A program made the position numbers and the translations under genes. The notes below the pieces were generated by a model. That model saw only the letters and a program-made list of their open reading frames with translations, was not told where the DNA came from and did not search any database. DNA of 64,000 bases from assembly GCA_963700255.1 (NCBI GenBank), contig CAVOWW010000020.1:3917-67916 (forward strand). Direction: 5' to 3'. Origin of the DNA: an uncultured bacterium (GTDB lineage Bacteria; Actinomycetota; Actinomycetes; S36-B12). Of this stretch, positions 60,191 to 64,000 are shown piece after piece (within the stretch, counting starts at the first letter, position 1; every line of letters begins with the position of its first letter).

Positions 60191-61246
60191 GTGCGCCTGC
60201 CCTGGGCTCGACGTGACGCGTTCGAGCCGCCGACCCCATCGGCTCCGGCGACGCCGGTCGTACCCAGCCTGGGAAACGGCCTCACGGTCCCTATCCGGCC
60301 CGAGGACTACCCGGCCCTGCTCGAGTCCCTTCGCGGCGAAGCCCTCCCGCCCGCGAGCCCGGAGTTCTATGTGGACTGGGACGGGATCCGAACCCGCATC
60401 GCCATGCTGCCGTGGGCGCCCTCAGAGCTCGCGGGGCGCGTCAACAGCACCTTGCCCATCCCCGACGATGGCTACCGCAGTGAGGACGTCGAGTACGCGT
60501 CCCTCGCGGCGGCCCTCAACTCGGCCCGCGACACCTTCCGGATCGTCGAGATCGGTGCCGGCTGGGCGCCGTGGGCCGTGGCGGGAGTCGTTCAGGCCCG
60601 ACGGCGCGGTCTGGCCGCCTTCGCGATCGCGGTCGAGGCGGACGAGACCCGCAGTTCGTGGGCCATGCAGCACGCACTGGATAACGACGTGAACGCCGAG
60701 CTGATCGAGGGGTCGCCCGAGGAGATCGCGATGCGCCTTGCCGAGCCGGCGGGCGACATCGAGCTTCGCGTGGTGCGTGGGGCGGGCTGGCATACGAACA
60801 CGACGCTCCAGTTTCCCGTCCTCGACGATGGCGACATGGGGGGAGCCGTCTGGACCCTGCACGGCACCGACGTGGACTACCGCGGCGCCCACCTGCCGCA
60901 CTATGAGGTGCCCGCCGTGTCGGTGGGGTCGCTCCTCGACGCACCGGTGCTCACGGATCTCCTGCACATCGACGTGCAGGGCGTTGAGTTCGACCTGGTC
61001 CAGCCGTCAAGCGACGCGATCCAGGGACGAGTCCGGCTGATGGCGGTGGGCACGACGGACCGGCTCACCGAGGGGCAGCTGCAGACGCACCTGCTGTCAC
61101 GCGGCTGGGGGCTCGCGATCGACATCCCGTGCACGGCAGTGTTCACCATGACCCATCCGACCCTTGCCGGCTTCACGATCCAGGACGGCCTGCAGCTCTG
61201 GGAGAACCCGTTCCTCCGCGAGGACTTCCCCGGGAGCAGCCGCTAG
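60191..61246 (+). CDS. FkbM-like methyltransferase (tentative); start uncertain
   Basis: IVEIGAGWAPW (SAM motif I-like) and LLHIDVQGVEFDLV resemble the Methyltransf_21/FkbM pattern (..KIDVEG.E..). Confidence 0.5.
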   Translation: MRLPWARRDAFEPPTPSAPATPVVPSLGNGLTVPIRPEDYPALLESLRGEALPPASPEFYVDWDGIRTRIAMLPWAPSELAGRVNSTLPIPDDGYRSEDVEYASLAAALNSARDTFRIVEIGAGWAPWAVAGVVQARRRGLAAFAIAVEADETRSSWAMQHALDNDVNAELIEGSPEEIAMRLAEPAGDIELRVVRGAGWHTNTTLQFPVLDDGDMGGAVWTLHGTDVDYRGAHLPHYEVPAVSVGSLLDAPVLTDLLHIDVQGVEFDLVQPSSDAIQGRVRLMAVGTTDRLTEGQLQTHLLSRGWGLAIDIPCTAVFTMTHPTLAGFTIQDGLQLWENPFLREDFPGSSR

Positions 61247-61770
61247 ACGGTCTGGACCGCCTCGGTCCCGAGGGTCGATGCGCCGTCGATGCGCCAGCCG
61301 TCCGGCTCGAGCACGAAGCGGTAGCCCAGCTGGGCCGTCACGCCGTTCCGTCCCGTGACGGCGACCACCGCGACCGCCCGACCCGGCCCCTGCTCACGGC
61401 ACTCGACGATCCGGTGGCTGGCGGCAGCGGCCACCTCGGGATACCCCGAGAGGATGATCGCCCGGAAGCCCGCCAGGTCGGTGGACGCCCGGAACGACTC
61501 GGATGCGAGCCTGAAGGCGGCTCGGTAGTCACCCGCGGCGAACGCGGCCAGTTGCGCTGCCACAATCCCGTCGATGCCCTCAGCGACGTCGGCGCCGCAC
61601 TCGGGGACCTCGGGCTCGGTGGTCGGTGGGGGTGGCGGAGCACTCGGAGCGGGTGTGCTCGCCGGGACGGAACTCGAGCCGACCGGATCCGGGGTCGCTT
61701 CGGGCGCGGCCGAGCAGCCCGTGAGGACCAGCGCCCCGGCCAAGGCTCCCGCTGCTGCCGCCCGTCGCAT
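61243..61770 (-). CDS. Lipoprotein, DUF4864-like
   Basis: It has the lipobox LVLTGC, a Pro-rich linker, then ...AAFAAGDYRAAFRLASESFR...YRFVLEPDGWRIDG, typical of DUF4864. It is the true CDS within the 450-aa ORF. Confidence 0.65.
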   Translation of the reverse strand: MRRAAAAGALAGALVLTGCSAAPEATPDPVGSSSVPASTPAPSAPPPPPTTEPEVPECGADVAEGIDGIVAAQLAAFAAGDYRAAFRLASESFRASTDLAGFRAIILSGYPEVAAAASHRIVECREQGPGRAVAVVAVTGRNGVTAQLGYRFVLEPDGWRIDGASTLGTEAVQTV

Positions 61771-61903
61771 GCGGTCACGATGCCAGCACTCACCGTCCGG
61801 CGCGACCTGAGCACGACACTCCCATCGCCTAACACGCGCTTGGGGCCATTGCGTAGGACAATCGCCACCAGGCGGGGGCTCAGGCAAGCGGTGCGAGGGG
61901 AAC

Positions 61904-62629
61904 ATGGAGACGACTGGAACCATGGAGGCTACGGGCACCTGCCCACGCGGCCATGCGGTCGCGCCGGACGCCGTGCTCTGCACGGTGTGCTGGGTGCGCC
62001 TCGACGGGGAGGACCCCCAGAACAAGCGGGCCCGGATCCTGAACCTCGTCTCGCGGCCGGTGGGTGTCGCCGTGGCCGGTGGCGTGGTGCTCGCAGCCGG
62101 CGTCGGTGCCGCCCTCCTCCTCGCCAACCCGAGCGCACCTCCCGCGGTTGTCGCAGGCGACGCGTCCATCGTCGTCGCCTCCCCCACGGCGATCCCCTCC
62201 CCCACGGCGATCCCCTCCCCCGCCGCCAGCGCCTCAGCGGCAGACCAGCCCCTCGTGACGTCCGTCCCGCTCGCCGCGACCGTCGCCAGTCCGGTCGTTA
62301 CCGGCCCGGGCGGCGAGTGCCTCCTGGACGTGCTCGACCAGCAGGCCACGTGTCGCGCCGAGGGCGACCTCGTGCGGTTCGAGGTGTGCGTACCGGCCGA
62401 CACGGCGGCCATCGGGCTCCGCACCCGCGGGACCAAGGAAGACCCGTGGACGGATGTCTCCTCCGACGTCGTGCTCATCCCGGGCAGCGGCTGTGCGGCC
62501 GACGGCCAGCGTGCCGACGTCGCCCTGGCCGCCGCAGGCTTCGACGTCGCCCAGTCCAAGTGGCGCCTCGTCGGGCGTGACGGCAGCGGCGACAAACTGT
62601 GGAAGTCCAGGCTGCGTCCTGCGGGCTAG
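61904..62629 (+). CDS. Zinc-ribbon / single-TM membrane protein with extracellular Cys-containing domain
   Basis: It has an N-terminal CPRGH...CTVC zinc ribbon, a TM segment VGVAVAGGVVLAAGVGAALLL, and an 18-bp in-frame repeat (SPTAIP x2). Confidence 0.55.
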   Translation: METTGTMEATGTCPRGHAVAPDAVLCTVCWVRLDGEDPQNKRARILNLVSRPVGVAVAGGVVLAAGVGAALLLANPSAPPAVVAGDASIVVASPTAIPSPTAIPSPAASASAADQPLVTSVPLAATVASPVVTGPGGECLLDVLDQQATCRAEGDLVRFEVCVPADTAAIGLRTRGTKEDPWTDVSSDVVLIPGSGCAADGQRADVALAAAGFDVAQSKWRLVGRDGSGDKLWKSRLRPAG

Positions 62630-63303
62630 GGCTCCCGGACGACCTTCACGTTGAACATGCCCGTGCCGAGCGACTGCATCACCCGCAGCCACAGCGGCAG
62701 GAACATCTCCGTCCCTCGGCTCGAGGTGATGTCCCCGAGGTCCATGACGTCCGTGTGACCCATGCTGCGCAGCAGGTCCGCGACCACTGCCTTCGCCGCA
62801 GGGTCGTTGCCGCCGACGAAGACGGTGTGGTCCCCGGCTAGCTGACCCGGCCTGACCATGAGCTCGGCCGTCAGCGTGTTCAGCGTCTTCACGACACGGG
62901 CATCGGGGAACGCCGCCTGGATCTGCTCTCCCAATGAGTCCGTGTCCTTGACGAACAACGTCGGCGGGAAACCCTTCGAGAAGTCCAGCGGGTTCGAGAT
63001 ATCCACCAGGACCGTTCCGGCGAGGGCATCAGCCCCGACCTCGCTGAGCGCGCCGAGAGACACGTGGCCGGATGTCGCGTTGATCACGATCTCGGCCCCC
63101 GCGGCGGCATCTGCGAAGCGCGCCACCTGAACGTCGGGATGCGCCGCCGCCCATGCACCGAAGGCGCTTCCCTCCGTCGGGTCCAGTCGGGATAGCGATG
63201 CGGCCACGTCCCGCGTGCCGACCGTGACGTCGTGCCCGAGCTCGTCCAGTCGCCCGGCGATGGCCTGGCCGACCATGCCCGTCCCCACCACCGTGATCCT
63301 CAT
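62626..63303 (-). CDS. NADPH-dependent F420 reductase-like NAD(P)-binding protein
   Basis: It has the Rossmann motif MRITVVGTGMVGQAIAG and family-like length and sequence. Confidence 0.75.
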   Translation of the reverse strand: MRITVVGTGMVGQAIAGRLDELGHDVTVGTRDVAASLSRLDPTEGSAFGAWAAAHPDVQVARFADAAAGAEIVINATSGHVSLGALSEVGADALAGTVLVDISNPLDFSKGFPPTLFVKDTDSLGEQIQAAFPDARVVKTLNTLTAELMVRPGQLAGDHTVFVGGNDPAAKAVVADLLRSMGHTDVMDLGDITSSRGTEMFLPLWLRVMQSLGTGMFNVKVVREP

Positions 63304-63377
63304 GGCGACTCCACCCATCCTCGTGTCCGCCCATCACACCGGTCCGCGCGCTCGCGGTCAATGGCCGTGCGGCGCGT

Positions 63378-64000
63378 TCAGCCCGACGGGACGGGCCGCT
63401 CGCGCCCGACGAGACGGGCATGCGCGTCGTTCAGCCCGAGAGCGAGGGCGCGATCCCGGGCCTCGCCGGCCTCGTCCGCCCGATCGAGTCGAGTGAGGAG
63501 CTCGGCCCTGGATGCATGCCACCACGGGTAGTCGTCGAGACCGGAGATGGCATCGACGGCCACCAGCCCCGCGTCAGGACCATCTCTCTCGGCGATCGCC
63601 GCCGCACGACCGAGGCGGGCCGCGGGTGCGGCGTTCACGGTGAGCAGCACGTCGTACCAGGAGATCACGGCGTTCCAGTCGGTGTCGCCGTAGGTCGGGG
63701 CCAGCGCATGGCAGGCAGCGATCGCAGCCTGCACGACGTAGGGGTCGGGATCGTCGGGGGTCCGTCGAAGTGCCTCCCCCACGAGCTCGACCCCCTCACG
63801 GATCATCCCCTCGTCCCACAGCCCCCGGTCCTGCTCCGACAGCAGCAGGACCGAGCCGTCGCGTGCGACGCGGGCGTTCCGTCGCGAGTCCTGCAGCAGC
63901 ATGAGCGCGAGCAGGCCGGACACCGAGGCCTCGTCGGGCATCAGCGAGTGGAGCAGTCGCCCGAGCCGGACCGACTCGTCGATGAGCGGACCGCGGACCG
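63378..64000 (-). CDS. ECF-type sigma factor with C-terminal TPR-like extension (COG4941-like); 5' end outside window
   Basis: Only the C-terminal part is visible: ...LLALMLLQDSRRNAR...GLWDEGMIREG...YVVQAAIAACHA... The frame stays open to the window edge. Confidence 0.7.
   Translation of the reverse strand, partial: VRGPLIDESVRLGRLLHSLMPDEASVSGLLALMLLQDSRRNARVARDGSVLLLSEQDRGLWDEGMIREGVELVGEALRRTPDDPDPYVVQAAIAACHALAPTYGDTDWNAVISWYDVLLTVNAAPAARLGRAAAIAERDGPDAGLVAVDAISGLDDYPWWHASRAELLTRLDRADEAGEARDRALALGLNDAHARLVGRERPVPSG

Overview
High-GC (roughly 70% or more by eye) actinobacterial chromosome segment, densely coding on both strands (about 70 genes, 3 tRNAs, SRP RNA). No CRISPR array, rRNA, integrase or transposase was seen. 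Two stretches reproduce well-known mycobacterial/actinobacterial synteny: (i) ArsA-like ATPase / whiB4-like / class A PBP / metallophosphoesterase (Rv3679-Rv3683-like), and (ii) asd-ask ... recR-dnaX-ffs-tRNA-Ser. Other housekeeping genes are tadA plus its associated protein, upp, pntAB, a DEAD-box helicase, an ABC-F ATPase and a 1-Cys peroxiredoxin. Accessory content includes an ACC deaminase, and a sulfotransferase plus methyltransferase-cupin-YcaQ/AlkZ-like operon next to tRNA-Pro. A roughly 8 kb block follows tRNA-Ser(CGA): matrixin protease, stress proteins, a tightly coupled operon of tandem-MarR / serine hydrolase / lipoprotein / small membrane protein / CPBP protease, then a NERD-SF1 helicase. 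Also present are two VapBC modules (one wedged between ffs and dnaX), a PspC / PspC-histidine kinase / LuxR module, a lipid kinase-PAP2-SulP cluster, and the circularly permuted ATP-grasp / alpha-E / transglutaminase triad. The most unusual observations are a TAT-signal flavin amine oxidase whose canonical C-terminal block precedes its GxGxxG N-terminus (apparent circular permutation), a perfect 55-bp tandem repeat copying the acdS stop codon and terminator, and a 29-bp duplication that creates a coupled 10-codon uORF in front of tadA. In addition, at least seven genes, including essential dnaX, are broken by single-base frame shifts in short G/C runs. Every affected gene span is 1 mod 3. This points to systematic assembly indels, though two genes with 3-4 breaks may be genuinely decayed. 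All calls rest on reading the supplied ORF translations and the DNA; no database search was possible.
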